Part shown: one piece after another, positions 1 to 9,496 of the stretch
How positions within the stretch are numbered: position 1 is the first letter of the stretch
Layout of the letters: each line of letters starts with the position of its first letter
Virus record (IMG/VR): IMGVR_UViG_3300036820_000006
Coordinates: 1 to 64,000 of that record
DNA: 64,000 nucleotides
Source: a virus
Strand: one strand, 5' to 3'
Program-made: the position numbers and the translations under genes
The notes under the pieces: model-generated
Seen by the model: the letters and a program-made list of their open reading frames with translations, nothing else
Databases searched by the model: none
Told to the model about the DNA's origin: nothing

Positions 1-47
1 ACCTTCATCAGAAGGAGCGCGTTCTTCTTTGCGCGCACGTTTACGCG

Positions 48-239
48 ATGCCATTCAAATCCAAGGCGCAGCAACGCTTCATGTTCGCGGCGGAATCGCG
101 TGGGCAGCTCCCGCGCGGCATGGCAGAGCGCTGGGCGCATGCAACTCCCAGCATCCGTTCACTGCCGCAGCGTGTGAATGCGCGCGCGACTCGCAGCGCC
201 AGTGGTAAGCGCATTAGCATACGAAAAGCGCGAGGCTAA
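48..239 (+). CDS. small basic phage protein (MPFKSKAQQR type)
   Basis: 63-aa Arg/Lys-rich ORF; N-terminal MPFKSKAQQRFMFA resembles a common small phage protein type. Confidence 0.7.
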   Translation: MPFKSKAQQRFMFAAESRGQLPRGMAERWAHATPSIRSLPQRVNARATRSASGKRISIRKARG

Positions 240-244
240 CTCCG

Positions 245-667
245 ATGGCATTCGGTCGTGGCAGTTCCGGCTCCGGTAGCAATCCCAGTAACCGCTCTGG
301 TCTTGGCATGCGCAATTCGGTCAATCTGAATCGTTTCGCGATGCGTTTCGATCCCGTTCGCCGCATCAAGCGCAGGATTACGCGCGCCCCGTTCCGCCTC
401 AATGTGAACAAGCCCGCTAAGCTAAACCTGAACGGTCCCGGAGCTTCCGGTCGCGTTAGCAAGAACAGTTCATTCTCCGCCACTGGCTCCAGCGGTACGC
501 CTTTCACACCCGGCGCGCAACGCGGTGGCGGAGTCGGCTCTCGCGTCAGCGCGACCTCTGGCGGCGGCACCGCAGGCAGCAACTCCAGCGGCGGGCGCAG
601 CTCCGGCAGCCCAGGCTCCGGCAGCTCCGGCAGCAGCTCACCCTTCGGCAGCAATGGAACCTTCTAA
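245..667 (+). CDS. basic Gly/Ser-rich hypothetical protein
   Basis: 140-aa ORF starting 5 nt after the previous stop; low complexity. Confidence 0.6.
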   Translation: MAFGRGSSGSGSNPSNRSGLGMRNSVNLNRFAMRFDPVRRIKRRITRAPFRLNVNKPAKLNLNGPGASGRVSKNSSFSATGSSGTPFTPGAQRGGGVGSRVSATSGGGTAGSNSSGGRSSGSPGSGSSGSSSPFGSNGTF

Positions 668-688
668 CTCACTTCGGCCCAGAAAACC

Positions 689-718
689 TTGACCCATCTC
701 CCCTGTGCTTGCTATTCC
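689..718 (+). promoter_or_regulatory. putative sigma70-like promoter TTGACC-N18-TATTCC
   Basis: Intergenic; TG upstream of the -10; same 18-bp spacing as other promoters in the window. Confidence 0.45.
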
Positions 719-775
719 TTCGCAAGACGCTGCAGCCCCGTGCTTCAGCGGAACATTACTTAGAAGGAGTCTGAG

Positions 776-913
776 ATGGCCCGCGAACACGATGGTGGCA
801 AGCACGAGCACGAGAACAAGCGTGAAGGCAAGCGCGAGATGAAGAAGCACGAAGGCCGCAAGGAAGAGAAGCGGCGCGAGAAGCGTGGCAAGGAGCGCAA
901 GGAGAAGCGCTAG
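776..913 (+). CDS. 45-aa highly charged (K/R/E/H) peptide, not in the ORF track
   Basis: AAGGAG RBS at 764-769; translates MAREHDGGKHEHENKREGKREMKKHEGRKEEKRREKRGKERKEKR. Confidence 0.7.
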   Translation: MAREHDGGKHEHENKREGKREMKKHEGRKEEKRREKRGKERKEKR

Positions 914-994
914 CATCATGTGCTAGCCGCTTCTTATTGCACCACCACCACTACCTCTCCTCCCCCTCCCCACATCGAACGAAGGAGTTCCACT

Positions 995-1222
995 ATGAAG
1001 CACGAAGCAATCGACCGGGGCGACAAGATCGCGCACGACCGTGACCTCGAAGTGAGCTACGGTCGTCACGTTCCTCAGCCTTCAACCGTCAAGGGCCACA
1101 TTGATGCGTTCGGCGAGCTGGCAGGCTCGACCGATTCCGCGATGTCGCTGGTTCCAAAGCGGGACATCACTTTCGATGACTCAATCAACGACAACCGGCA
1201 CAACCAGCCCAAGTCGCACTAA
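995..1222 (+). CDS. hypothetical protein
   Basis: AAGGAG RBS before ATG 995 (start corrected from 920). Confidence 0.7.
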   Translation: MKHEAIDRGDKIAHDRDLEVSYGRHVPQPSTVKGHIDAFGELAGSTDSAMSLVPKRDITFDDSINDNRHNQPKSH

Positions 1223-1323
1223 CCGCGAGGAAGAGTTATCCGCTGCGGCCGACCAGCCCAGCGAACTCTTCCCCCGTGATTGCGGCTTACAACTACGCGC
1301 TCTCGCGCTAGAGAAGCTACTCA

Positions 1324-1803
1324 ATGGCCTCGTCCTCACAAGCCCCGCCGCAAGGTTCCGCGCAGCCCGCCCCGCCTAACTTTTACTCGATGGCTGGCCA
1401 GATGCGCGCTAAGGGTGGGGGCGCGGCAGCAGGGGCTGGCGCGGCAGGCGCGCAACCCGGTCAACAGCCCGGCCAGCAGCAGTCGCAACAGACTCCAGCT
1501 CAAGGCCAAGGCGCTAATCAAGATCGCATGTTCATGCAGGCGGTCACGCAGCTTCTAGACGTTTTCAAAAAGCTCGGCGACATGAAGCCGAACGGCGCGG
1601 ATGTGACCAAGTTCACGCAAGCGATGTCCGATACCGCGCATGAAATGCTCAACTCAGTCTATAAAGGCCCCGGCGCGAAAGCTGGAGGCGGCACACCTGC
1701 CGACTCAACTGGTGACATGGGCGATTCAGCATCAGCCGGGGGGCTGGGTGGTGCGGCAGCTTCGGCGGCTCCTCCGGGCGCTGCGCCGGGCGGCGTCAGC
1801 TAA
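1324..1803 (+). CDS. Q/G/A-rich hypothetical protein of the head module
   Basis: 159-aa ORF upstream of scaffold. Confidence 0.7.
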   Translation: MASSSQAPPQGSAQPAPPNFYSMAGQMRAKGGGAAAGAGAAGAQPGQQPGQQQSQQTPAQGQGANQDRMFMQAVTQLLDVFKKLGDMKPNGADVTKFTQAMSDTAHEMLNSVYKGPGAKAGGGTPADSTGDMGDSASAGGLGGAAASAAPPGAAPGGVS

Positions 1804-1850
1804 AGTATAAAAAGTTCAAAGTATCCAAAGTATAAAAAGTATCCAAAGTA
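1802..1850. repeat. AT-rich imperfect tandem AAAGTAT repeats
   Basis: aaagtataaaaagttcaaagtatccaaagtataaaaagtatccaaagta in a GC-rich context. Confidence 0.7.
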
Positions 1851-1877
1851 ATAATCTGACAAGGGAGACCTACCACG

Positions 1878-2624
1878 ATGCAAGAACTCGAAGAACTTCT
1901 TAACCTGCTCGGCGATGACGCGGCAACTGTACGCGCAGCTTTGGACAAGCACCCGGACGCGAAGCAGCGCGTTGCTGGTGCCGAAACCGTGTTCCGCGCA
2001 TTCGTCGATGGCGATCAGACCGCGCTGGATAATTACACGCGCAACAATCCGCCTGTCGCGCGCCCAGCCGCTACCGATTCTCCCGCGCGTCTCACCGCTG
2101 CGCCCGCCACGCCCGCGCTTGACATGACTGCGCTACTCGATCAACTGGAGCAGCGCCTTGATAAGCGTTACATCCCGGCCGATAAGTTCGAGGAGCGCGC
2201 CACTCAAACCGCTGAATCGCTGCTCACTAAGAAGCAGGGCGATCTGATCGGTAGCGCTATGAAAGGCGCGGACGAAATCTACACCATTCGGGCTTCGCAT
2301 CGTGAAGAGTTCGGCTCGCAGCTCGACGGGGCGAAGTTTGAGGAGTTCCTCAAAGCCAACACTGGCAAATTCGCCAGCATCACCGATGCTTACAACGCGA
2401 TGGTCTCAGACGCGCGTACAGAAGCCAAGATCGCCAAGGGCATCGCTGAAGGCCGCGCCGCGCTTGAAACCACCAACGTGCCCGGCACCTCGCTGCCGAC
2501 TTCAGCTACGCCGCTGGGTATGATGCTGCGCGCGAATAAAGATGCTAACGCTGTAGGGCGTGGCGAACATCTGGATAAAGCTGCAGCGGCGTTTCGCTCG
2601 TTGCAGACGCAGCGCGTGAACTAA
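1878..2624 (+). CDS. putative capsid scaffolding protein
   Basis: Helical charged 248-aa ORF directly upstream of capsid gene; AAGGGAG RBS. Confidence 0.6.
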   Translation: MQELEELLNLLGDDAATVRAALDKHPDAKQRVAGAETVFRAFVDGDQTALDNYTRNNPPVARPAATDSPARLTAAPATPALDMTALLDQLEQRLDKRYIPADKFEERATQTAESLLTKKQGDLIGSAMKGADEIYTIRASHREEFGSQLDGAKFEEFLKANTGKFASITDAYNAMVSDARTEAKIAKGIAEGRAALETTNVPGTSLPTSATPLGMMLRANKDANAVGRGEHLDKAAAAFRSLQTQRVN

Positions 2625-2692
2625 CGCGTATATTCGGGTATATTCACGCATATTCACGGCATCAGCCAACATTTACGCAACAGTTTTCTGGC

Positions 2693-2735
2693 AATGCGCA
2701 GGGTTACCTAACAAGGAACCTTGCGCATTATTTTT
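2693..2735 (+). terminator. intrinsic terminator
   Basis: AATGCGCAGGGTT...AACCTTGCGCATT stem followed by ATTTTT. Confidence 0.6.
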
Positions 2736-2777
2736 GCACGTTCGCACGCCCGATAAAAATTCTGCGCAGGAAAATCA

Positions 2778-2807
2778 TTGACCTATCTCGCCGCTTCCCG
2801 ATAAGAG
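2778..2807 (+). promoter_or_regulatory. putative capsid-gene promoter TTGACC-N18-TAAGAG
   Basis: After the terminator; GAAAA..TTGACC.ATCTC context shared with the 689 promoter. Confidence 0.4.
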
Positions 2808-2876
2808 TTAGCGCAGAAAGGATGCTCCCCAGCACTGCGGTAGGGTTGCTGGCACAACCTTGGAGGAATAACTCTC

Positions 2877-3863
2877 ATGGCCTACACAGGCAACCAGCAG
2901 CTCTATAACGATCTCACCTCGGTCACCTACCAGTACATTCTGCCCACCGTGGAAGATGTGTACTTCAAGGTTTCCACGATCTTTCCGTTCCTGTTCCGGC
3001 CGGGCAACTTCGAAACTTTCTCCGGTACGCAGATTCAGGTACCGATTCAGTACGCGCCACTCAAGGGCGGACCCACGGTAGATGGCGGAACTTTTGATAT
3101 CTCCTACGCGGAAACCGAAACCGCGATGGTGTTCACGCCGAAGGAATACTACACCTCCGTCACTCTCAGCAGGCAGCGCATCGCGCTCAACCAGGGTGAA
3201 GCCGCAGCTATGAGCTACGTGCAGATCAAGATGACCAACTTGTATCAGTCGATGATGCAGTATCTCGCACAAGATACCTTCCGCGATGGTCAGGGTACTG
3301 TCTCGGGCGTGAACGCGCTCGACGGCTTGCTTGCTGCGTGTGACGATGGCACCAACTACCCGCAGTATGGCGGTCTCGCCCGCTCGGGCATCGGCACCGG
3401 CCCCAACGCAGGCATCAATGGCTACTACCAGGCAGTGAATGCGCCGATCAGCGTTCAAATCCTGCAGGCAGCCATCGGTAACGGCTCGTTCGGCAATGTG
3501 CAGCCGAACCTGATGTTCACCACGCAGAACATCTGGGACACTCTCTGGCTGAGAATGTTCCCGGCGCAGCGCATCATGGACGAGGACCCCGGCGTCACCT
3601 CGTTCGGCCCCGCCTCGCTGAAGTTCTACGGCAACAAGCGCATCATGGTTGACCAGTACATCAGCTCTGGCTATGTATTTGGTGTCCGTGATGAGTTCCT
3701 CAAGGCTTACGTAGTCGAGGACCCGCTGTTCCAGTTCGGCTTCACCGGGTTCAAGGAGCTGCCTGACTCAGTTGACGGAGCCGGTCAGACCATGTTCCTC
3801 GGTGACATCGTGTACGCGCAGCCCAGGGTCAGCTTCATCCTCTCGGCCGTGCAGAACACCTAA
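2877..3863 (+). CDS. major capsid protein
   Basis: 328 aa, GGAGG RBS, position after scaffold; SGTQIQVPIQY and SVTLSRQRIALNQGEAA segments resemble podovirus-type HK97-fold capsid proteins. Confidence 0.8.
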   Translation: MAYTGNQQLYNDLTSVTYQYILPTVEDVYFKVSTIFPFLFRPGNFETFSGTQIQVPIQYAPLKGGPTVDGGTFDISYAETETAMVFTPKEYYTSVTLSRQRIALNQGEAAAMSYVQIKMTNLYQSMMQYLAQDTFRDGQGTVSGVNALDGLLAACDDGTNYPQYGGLARSGIGTGPNAGINGYYQAVNAPISVQILQAAIGNGSFGNVQPNLMFTTQNIWDTLWLRMFPAQRIMDEDPGVTSFGPASLKFYGNKRIMVDQYISSGYVFGVRDEFLKAYVVEDPLFQFGFTGFKELPDSVDGAGQTMFLGDIVYAQPRVSFILSAVQNT

Positions 3864-3976
3864 GCAGCAAAGAGGTGGGAGGGGGAGTCCGCAGTCGGGT
3901 CCACTCTCCTTCCACCTCCGTAGTGCAACCGGTCTGGGCCGTCCTAAAGCGCCTGTAGTAAACGGAGGTTCACCTC

Positions 3977-4555
3977 ATGTACACACCTTATGTTCGCATC
4001 TCTACCGGCAACCCCTACACCGTTCTCGACACGGTAGCGCGCAACCCCGTGGGCAGCATCTATTCGCCTCCGGTGAATGAGAGCTTGCCTCTTAGCACGA
4101 AGGGTCTGGGAGCGCAGCCGGTTTACAAGTACGTCTACTACAACTCGACGGCGAATCCTGCGCCTGTGGCCGCGCCTGCTCCGGTTTACTGGACGGATGA
4201 AACATTCACTACAGTTTCTGGAGTGGCGACCGAAGCTTTGTCAGTCACACTAGGCGTGTGCATTGCTGGTTACCTTCTGCCCAATAGCACAGCTATCTCT
4301 GGTCTCACTGCCGCTGAGCTGAATCAGAGCTACTGCTTTATCCAGATCGGTGGTTTGCTTGTTGGAGCGTACGCAGGCGGCTCCGCAGGCGCAGTTGGAG
4401 ATGTCATCTCTGGCGCAGCCACAGGCAACTGGTCTTATACTGCAGCCACTACTGTAGCTGCTACCAACAAAATCCTTGGTATTCAGTTGACTGCACAAGC
4501 AAGTTCTACCTTTGACGTGTTGGTTGGCGGTTACCAGACCTTCTGGGGGAGCTAA
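3977..4555 (+). CDS. putative capsid decoration/cement protein
   Basis: Small-residue beta-rich 192-aa ORF after MCP; GGAGG RBS. Confidence 0.55.
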   Translation: MYTPYVRISTGNPYTVLDTVARNPVGSIYSPPVNESLPLSTKGLGAQPVYKYVYYNSTANPAPVAAPAPVYWTDETFTTVSGVATEALSVTLGVCIAGYLLPNSTAISGLTAAELNQSYCFIQIGGLLVGAYAGGSAGAVGDVISGAATGNWSYTAATTVAATNKILGIQLTAQASSTFDVLVGGYQTFWGS

Positions 4556-4947
4556 TGAGCTGTAATTTTTTCATTCAGAAGTTCACGTTCGAAAGTCAAA
4601 CAGCTTCCATTAGCGCGACCACGTTGTTCACACCAACGTCAGACGGAGACTTCTTAATACAAGTGACTGGAGATATCTTTGGACACGATAGCGGTGGGGA
4701 TACTTCCAGTCTGTCAGGCACAATAGCATGGACTGCCAACGATATTGACTACCAATGGCAGTTGAACATCATAAATACCTATGGAAATGCATCTCCCTTG
4801 AACTATGTATGGGAATCTCAACAAGGGACGTTCACCATTCACGCTAAGGCCGGACAGGCGGTTGCATTGACTACCTCATGGTTTCCCGTGGGTTCTCCTG
4901 TAGGCAGTCAGTATTATGACCTGTACATAACCATTTCTGGCGGCTAA
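4555..4947 (+). CDS. hypothetical beta-rich virion protein
   Basis: TAATG coupling; lower GC than neighbours. Confidence 0.6.
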   Translation: MSCNFFIQKFTFESQTASISATTLFTPTSDGDFLIQVTGDIFGHDSGGDTSSLSGTIAWTANDIDYQWQLNIINTYGNASPLNYVWESQQGTFTIHAKAGQAVALTTSWFPVGSPVGSQYYDLYITISGG

Positions 4948-4960
4948 GGAGAACTAATTT

Positions 4961-5281
4961 ATGTCGATCACTTGGAAAGAAGGCGCTGACACTCGCCAGA
5001 ACATCGGGTTCTCGTGGATTCAACAGGAGAACTTGGCGACTTTCAGCAGCTCGGACTACGTGCTTGGTGGCTATCTGGTCAACCCAGCCGCGTTCGGCTT
5101 TGGCGTGCTGCATGGCTTCACAGTCATCGGTACTAACGGTACGCCCTCGGGCTACTGGTGGAGCTGCAACAAGGTCAACACCACAACTTACTACCTAATG
5201 GCATGGACCGGCGCGAGCCAAGCTTCTGCCAGCACGGATTTCTCCGCGCTCACGCTCAGCATTCTAGGCTACGGTTTCTAA
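4961..5281 (+). CDS. hypothetical virion protein
   Basis: AAGGAG RBS; 106 aa. Confidence 0.65.
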   Translation: MSITWKEGADTRQNIGFSWIQQENLATFSSSDYVLGGYLVNPAAFGFGVLHGFTVIGTNGTPSGYWWSCNKVNTTTYYLMAWTGASQASASTDFSALTLSILGYGF

Positions 5282-5329
5282 TTCAACGTTACCCCAACCT
5301 TGGTCGTGCGCCTGCTCCGCCGCCAAGCC

Positions 5330-5388
5330 GAACCCCAGCCCCGTGTCAGTTCCTTCTCCCTCTGACCTTGGCTGGGGTTCTGGTTTTC
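5330..5388 (+). terminator. hairpin / probable terminator
   Basis: GAACCCCAGCC (5330-5340) pairs with GGCTGGGGTTC (5370-5380), T-rich tail. Confidence 0.45.
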
Positions 5389-5467
5389 TGCTGCGGATAT
5401 GCGGATTCTGATGACTTATCTTGCTGCCTCGCGTTAGAGTGTGCGCGTAACGTTATAGGAGCCTGCC

Positions 5468-6499
5468 ATCCCTGTTGTTCCGCCAGTACCGATTACCAAT
5501 CAAGTATTGCCGAACCCCGGCGTGCTTCCTTATGTACAACAACAAAATTTTGGGCAAATGGTTGGCACAGTATTGTCCAGCAACCCTGCTTATGACTCAG
5601 AGACCGCCAAAGTTTCCTTAAATTCTCATATCCGCAAAATCTACGACCGCCGCACCTGGTACGGCCTGATGGTGCGCGGCCAAATCCAAACTACCGGCTT
5701 CATTCAAGGTGGCCAAGCCACGCTCACTACCAATAGCAAATCTGTCCAAGGTATCAACACAACTTGGACCCCCGCTATTATCGGCATGCAATTCCGCATC
5801 GGCTACAACACGCCGATGTACACCATCACCGGCTTGGATCAAACCGCGCAGGTTATCACGCTAGAACTCCCTTGGGGCGGCGTCAACTACACCGGTGTCG
5901 GCTATATCATCTCGCAGAACTACTTCTCCCCCGGCCCGAATATCAAATATCTCCACACCGCGCGCAATATGATGCAAGCGTGGCGGCTACACCTCGACCT
6001 CAATCAGCAATCACTCGATACTATCGATCCGTGGCGCATGAATACCTTCCAGCCTTGTGCGCTTGCGCAGATGCCGCCTGGCGCGAACGGTCAGTACATG
6101 GTCGAGCTATGGCCTACGCCTGCGATCATCCAAGCGCTACCATTTATCGCGTGCGTACAGCCGCCCAACCTCGTCGCCGATACCGACTCTATTGCCACTT
6201 ATATTCGCACGGACATTCTTGTTAAATTCGGCCAAGCTGACGCCTTGGTGTGGCGTGGCCCTAAACAAAATCCCTACTATGACATGATGGAGTCGCAACG
6301 GTTACGCAACGAGGCTGAGCAGGAGCTACGAGTGCTAGAGAGCAAAGACGAGGACTTGTATCGTCAATCCTTGATTTTTGAATACGAGCAAATGCGCTGG
6401 GCTCCTGATCCTTGGTCATTCGCGAGCGGCATGGGCGGCGCGAATTATGCTATCAATCATGGGATAGCTTCCGGGCCGGGCACCGGCTGGGGCTTCTAG
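5468..6499 (+). CDS. head-tail adaptor / tail tubular protein A-like, probable ATC start
   Basis: AGGAG 6 nt before in-frame ATC 5468; VELWPTP motif and helical C-terminus typical of adaptors. Confidence 0.55.
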   Translation: MPVVPPVPITNQVLPNPGVLPYVQQQNFGQMVGTVLSSNPAYDSETAKVSLNSHIRKIYDRRTWYGLMVRGQIQTTGFIQGGQATLTTNSKSVQGINTTWTPAIIGMQFRIGYNTPMYTITGLDQTAQVITLELPWGGVNYTGVGYIISQNYFSPGPNIKYLHTARNMMQAWRLHLDLNQQSLDTIDPWRMNTFQPCALAQMPPGANGQYMVELWPTPAIIQALPFIACVQPPNLVADTDSIATYIRTDILVKFGQADALVWRGPKQNPYYDMMESQRLRNEAEQELRVLESKDEDLYRQSLIFEYEQMRWAPDPWSFASGMGGANYAINHGIASGPGTGWGF

Positions 6500-6516
6500 G
6501 GAGAAGGAGCTGCGCA

Positions 6517-6999
6517 ATGCCAGCACTATGCACATCCTGCGGTCAGTCATCTGCACGCTACACACTGAAATTCTTCGGGGGTGGCACGCAAACCGTCTGC
6601 CACAAATGTGAACATCCAACTGAACGCCCAGCAGCGGTAGTCGCTAATCTGTTTGCAGGCGACGGTTTGGTGATGCAGCACGCTACCGATGAGCTAGGCA
6701 AACCGCTGCGTGCGACTTCGATGCGCGAGCTGCGCGAGCTGGAGAAGCGTTACCACTTCTCGTCCACCATCGCCGAAACCGACGAAGCCAATTTCAACTG
6801 CCCGCCGCCGCCGCGCATCACTGACCCGTTTGAGCAAATGACCAAGGACGGCAAATGGCTTTACCCTGATGTGGCTGAGCGCATGCTCAAAGAAATGCGC
6901 CAGAATGGCGAGCTGATTGAGCCCAAGCGTGACAAGCTGATCCAGCGCGATCCATTAGCGGAAGCGCGTCGCATGCAAGAGCTGACCGGTAGGCGCTAA
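6517..6999 (+). CDS. zinc-ribbon protein
   Basis: AAGGAG RBS; CTSC...CHKC. Confidence 0.65.
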   Translation: MPALCTSCGQSSARYTLKFFGGGTQTVCHKCEHPTERPAAVVANLFAGDGLVMQHATDELGKPLRATSMRELRELEKRYHFSSTIAETDEANFNCPPPPRITDPFEQMTKDGKWLYPDVAERMLKEMRQNGELIEPKRDKLIQRDPLAEARRMQELTGRR

Positions 7000-7029
7000 G
7001 CCACAACAAATCTACGATCACTAGACGCT

Positions 7030-7061
7030 AGAAAGGGAGAGCATAGTCGCTCTCCCTTTCT
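7030..7061. terminator. bidirectional terminator hairpin
   Basis: Perfect 13-bp stem AGAAAGGGAGAGC/GCTCTCCCTTTCT between convergent genes. Confidence 0.7.
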
Positions 7062-7093
7062 GCTTGCAAGCGTCCGCTTCTTTCAGCTCAGCA

Positions 7094-7657
7094 CTAAGGC
7101 GTAGGCGTCGAAAATTGAACTGCGATGCTTTGCGTCAACTGCTGCGGAGGCACTACACCGTTCACCAGCACGGTGAACTGCTGGTTCCACGTACTGACCG
7201 CGCCATCGCTATCTGTGACAGTGCAGCTCGCCGTGCCGACTACTGCACCGTTGGTGCTTGCAGCCACCGCAGTACACGTTGCGGTCACGCCATCCGAGTT
7301 CAACGTGACTGTAGCGCTGGGATCATTAAAACTGAAGCTGGCATTGCTGACCGTGCCGCCTGACGGCGTTACGCCATCCGCAGCCAGCGGTTGAATGGTG
7401 GCGGTTGAGGTTTGTCCTACATTAAACACGAGTGCGTTGTCGGCCATGATAGAGTCTCCTGTGGAATTGCTGAATTGAATTGCGATTTCGTGGGTGATCG
7501 TGCGGGGTTTGACGTAGCTGAGAATCTCTCGCAAGGTCCAGAGAATCTCTCTGAGTAGCCATACCTCTGATTCGAGCTGAGCAGGAGATGGCAGTGGCTG
7601 TGGTTGTGGCGGTGAATGGTGATGATGGTGTTCATGGCGACCGAACCAATCCAGCAT
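7094..7657 (-). CDS. Ig-like beta protein, opposite strand, with a second in-frame start at 7447
   Basis: GGGAGG RBS before 7657 and AGGAG RBS before ATG 7447; Thr/Val-rich beta pattern. Confidence 0.65.
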   Translation of the reverse strand: MLDWFGRHEHHHHHSPPQPQPLPSPAQLESEVWLLREILWTLREILSYVKPRTITHEIAIQFSNSTGDSIMADNALVFNVGQTSTATIQPLAADGVTPSGGTVSNASFSFNDPSATVTLNSDGVTATCTAVAASTNGAVVGTASCTVTDSDGAVSTWNQQFTVLVNGVVPPQQLTQSIAVQFSTPTP

Positions 7658-7789
7658 CTCGGAGGCCCTCCCTTTGCGTTAGAGCATAGCCTTGCTCCCA
7701 CTTACAACTCAACCATCTTCCGTACATTCGCGTAAAAATATCGACATCAGCCGCCTCTCTCCTGTACGCTACCCGCGCGAGGTTCTCTC

Positions 7790-8167
7790 ATGGCTCAGAA
7801 CAAGCAACAGGCAGCATCCAAGCCCGAGGCAGCATCCAAGCCCGCCATCCGTAGCGCGATGCTCGGAGCGGCGGCGTTCAGTGTCCCGGTCGGCCCCGCT
7901 ACGCTGGACGTATATCACGGTGAAGACCCTGCGCGTCTCTCTCTAGCTACCAAGACCGCCTCGATGTTCCACGATTACACTGATCTCTCTGGTGTCGAAA
8001 CCTCTTGGAACGCCCACCCGGAACAAGAGTACGAGCATCGCGGTCGCATGTCCGCCGCTACCGAATCCGAGGGGGCGCGCTCCCAAGTTCTACTCAACTC
8101 CGGCACCCGGCGAGGTTCGATGACCTTCAATTCTACCTTGCGGCCATCCCGCAGAGGAGACCAGTAA
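7790..8167 (+). CDS. hypothetical protein
   Basis: Preceded by TCGACA-N18-TACGCT (7741-7770) and GAGG. Confidence 0.65.
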   Translation: MAQNKQQAASKPEAASKPAIRSAMLGAAAFSVPVGPATLDVYHGEDPARLSLATKTASMFHDYTDLSGVETSWNAHPEQEYEHRGRMSAATESEGARSQVLLNSGTRRGSMTFNSTLRPSRRGDQ

Positions 8168-8170
8168 CCC

Positions 8171-8731
8171 ATGGCTGATCGTGGCTTTGGCTATCAAGCT
8201 CTTGCCGGTACTCCGCAACCGGCGTTCGGCACTACGCTGGCTAGCGCAACGGTGCTTACTGCTGACCGTTACACCGGCAACACGGACCCGCGTTCAGCGC
8301 CGTCGCAGAGCACCACCACGGTAGGCACCGGGTTCAAGTTCTTCTTCCAGAAGAACGACCGTGTGATGGTCGGCCCCGCGAATGGGCTTGGCCCATGGGA
8401 CTCTGGCATTATTACTACGGTGAATAACTCCACAGGTGCGCTCACGATCAAAGGGCTCGTTACCACTCATGCCTCAGGTGAATGGATCATCCTGTGCGTG
8501 GCTTGTGCCGTGCTCAGCATCCAACCGGGCGGAGCGAACGCAGGCAGCATTTATATCGGCCCCGACATCACGGTTGGCGCGTTGTCGCCTACGCTATTCC
8601 GTGAAATCAACACTTCCTACGGCCCTTATGAGTTAGGATTATCAGCCTCGGGCAACGTCTGGGAGACTCAGGGTTATTGGCTCAACGGCACAGCCGCTGA
8701 CACTTTCCTCGCGGGCATTGTTACGATCTAG
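8171..8731 (+). CDS. hypothetical virion protein
   Basis: AGGAG RBS; Gly/Thr-rich beta composition. Confidence 0.65.
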   Translation: MADRGFGYQALAGTPQPAFGTTLASATVLTADRYTGNTDPRSAPSQSTTTVGTGFKFFFQKNDRVMVGPANGLGPWDSGIITTVNNSTGALTIKGLVTTHASGEWIILCVACAVLSIQPGGANAGSIYIGPDITVGALSPTLFREINTSYGPYELGLSASGNVWETQGYWLNGTAADTFLAGIVTI

Positions 8732-8740
8732 GAGCGCGCT

Positions 8741-9427
8741 GTGGCTACCACTACTGTTGCGCAACTGGGAACAGATACCTCAGCGCGATTGCAGGACCCA
8801 GAATTCATATTCTGGCAGCAAACCTATGAGGTTTGGGGTGGAATCGCGGAAGCACTCAACGAGATGATGCTCATGGTCGCGCGCCCGACCATTCAATTCA
8901 GTACATTGCTCACGCTTACGCCGAACACAGTCTGGCAGCAGCTTCCTAGCAACATGATTGCGATTACTGATATGCGCACGAATAACTATCGGTTGTGGAA
9001 GACATCTCTTTATACGATGGACAAGCTGCTTGCCAGTTGGTCATCGGATTGGACCTGCGACCGCGCCGACCAGCCTCAACGCTGGGGACCGCTGGGCATG
9101 ACTAAGTTCTTTGTGCATCCTGCGCCTATACAACCTATTCAAGTCATTGTCGCAGGTGTATGCAACCCAATCAGCGAACTCTACCCGCCGACCGGCAGCG
9201 AACAATCTCCTTTTCATTCTGAATTCGATGAGGCGCTATCGATGTACTCCGCTGCCTACTGCCGTTTTAAAGACCTTGGTGATGATGCACAGGAAGGATT
9301 TAGACTGTATCAACAATTTTTGGGCTTGGCGCAACGTCTCACCGTACTTGAAGACCGCAAAGACGCGCTCACATTCGCCCAGATGTTTGGTATGCCGGTT
9401 GCGCCCTCGCATGTGACGGCACGTTAG
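8741..9427 (+). CDS. adaptor / tail tubular A-like paralogue
   Basis: QPQRW..FFVHPAP and FDEALSMYSAAYC pattern typical of adaptor proteins; AGGAG RBS. Confidence 0.55.
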   Translation: MATTTVAQLGTDTSARLQDPEFIFWQQTYEVWGGIAEALNEMMLMVARPTIQFSTLLTLTPNTVWQQLPSNMIAITDMRTNNYRLWKTSLYTMDKLLASWSSDWTCDRADQPQRWGPLGMTKFFVHPAPIQPIQVIVAGVCNPISELYPPTGSEQSPFHSEFDEALSMYSAAYCRFKDLGDDAQEGFRLYQQFLGLAQRLTVLEDRKDALTFAQMFGMPVAPSHVTAR

Positions 9428-9496
9428 CCCTAACCACTGAGCAGGCTAACTGTTGTGGGTGATACACTTTTGCACATCTACGGGAGGAGCAGCAGG

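Noticed and set aside
2808-3458. Long antisense ORFs opposite core genes (also 25761-26417, 34861-35658, 38212-39030)
   Set aside because: Shadow frames of GC-rich coding sequence without RBS or recognisable motifs
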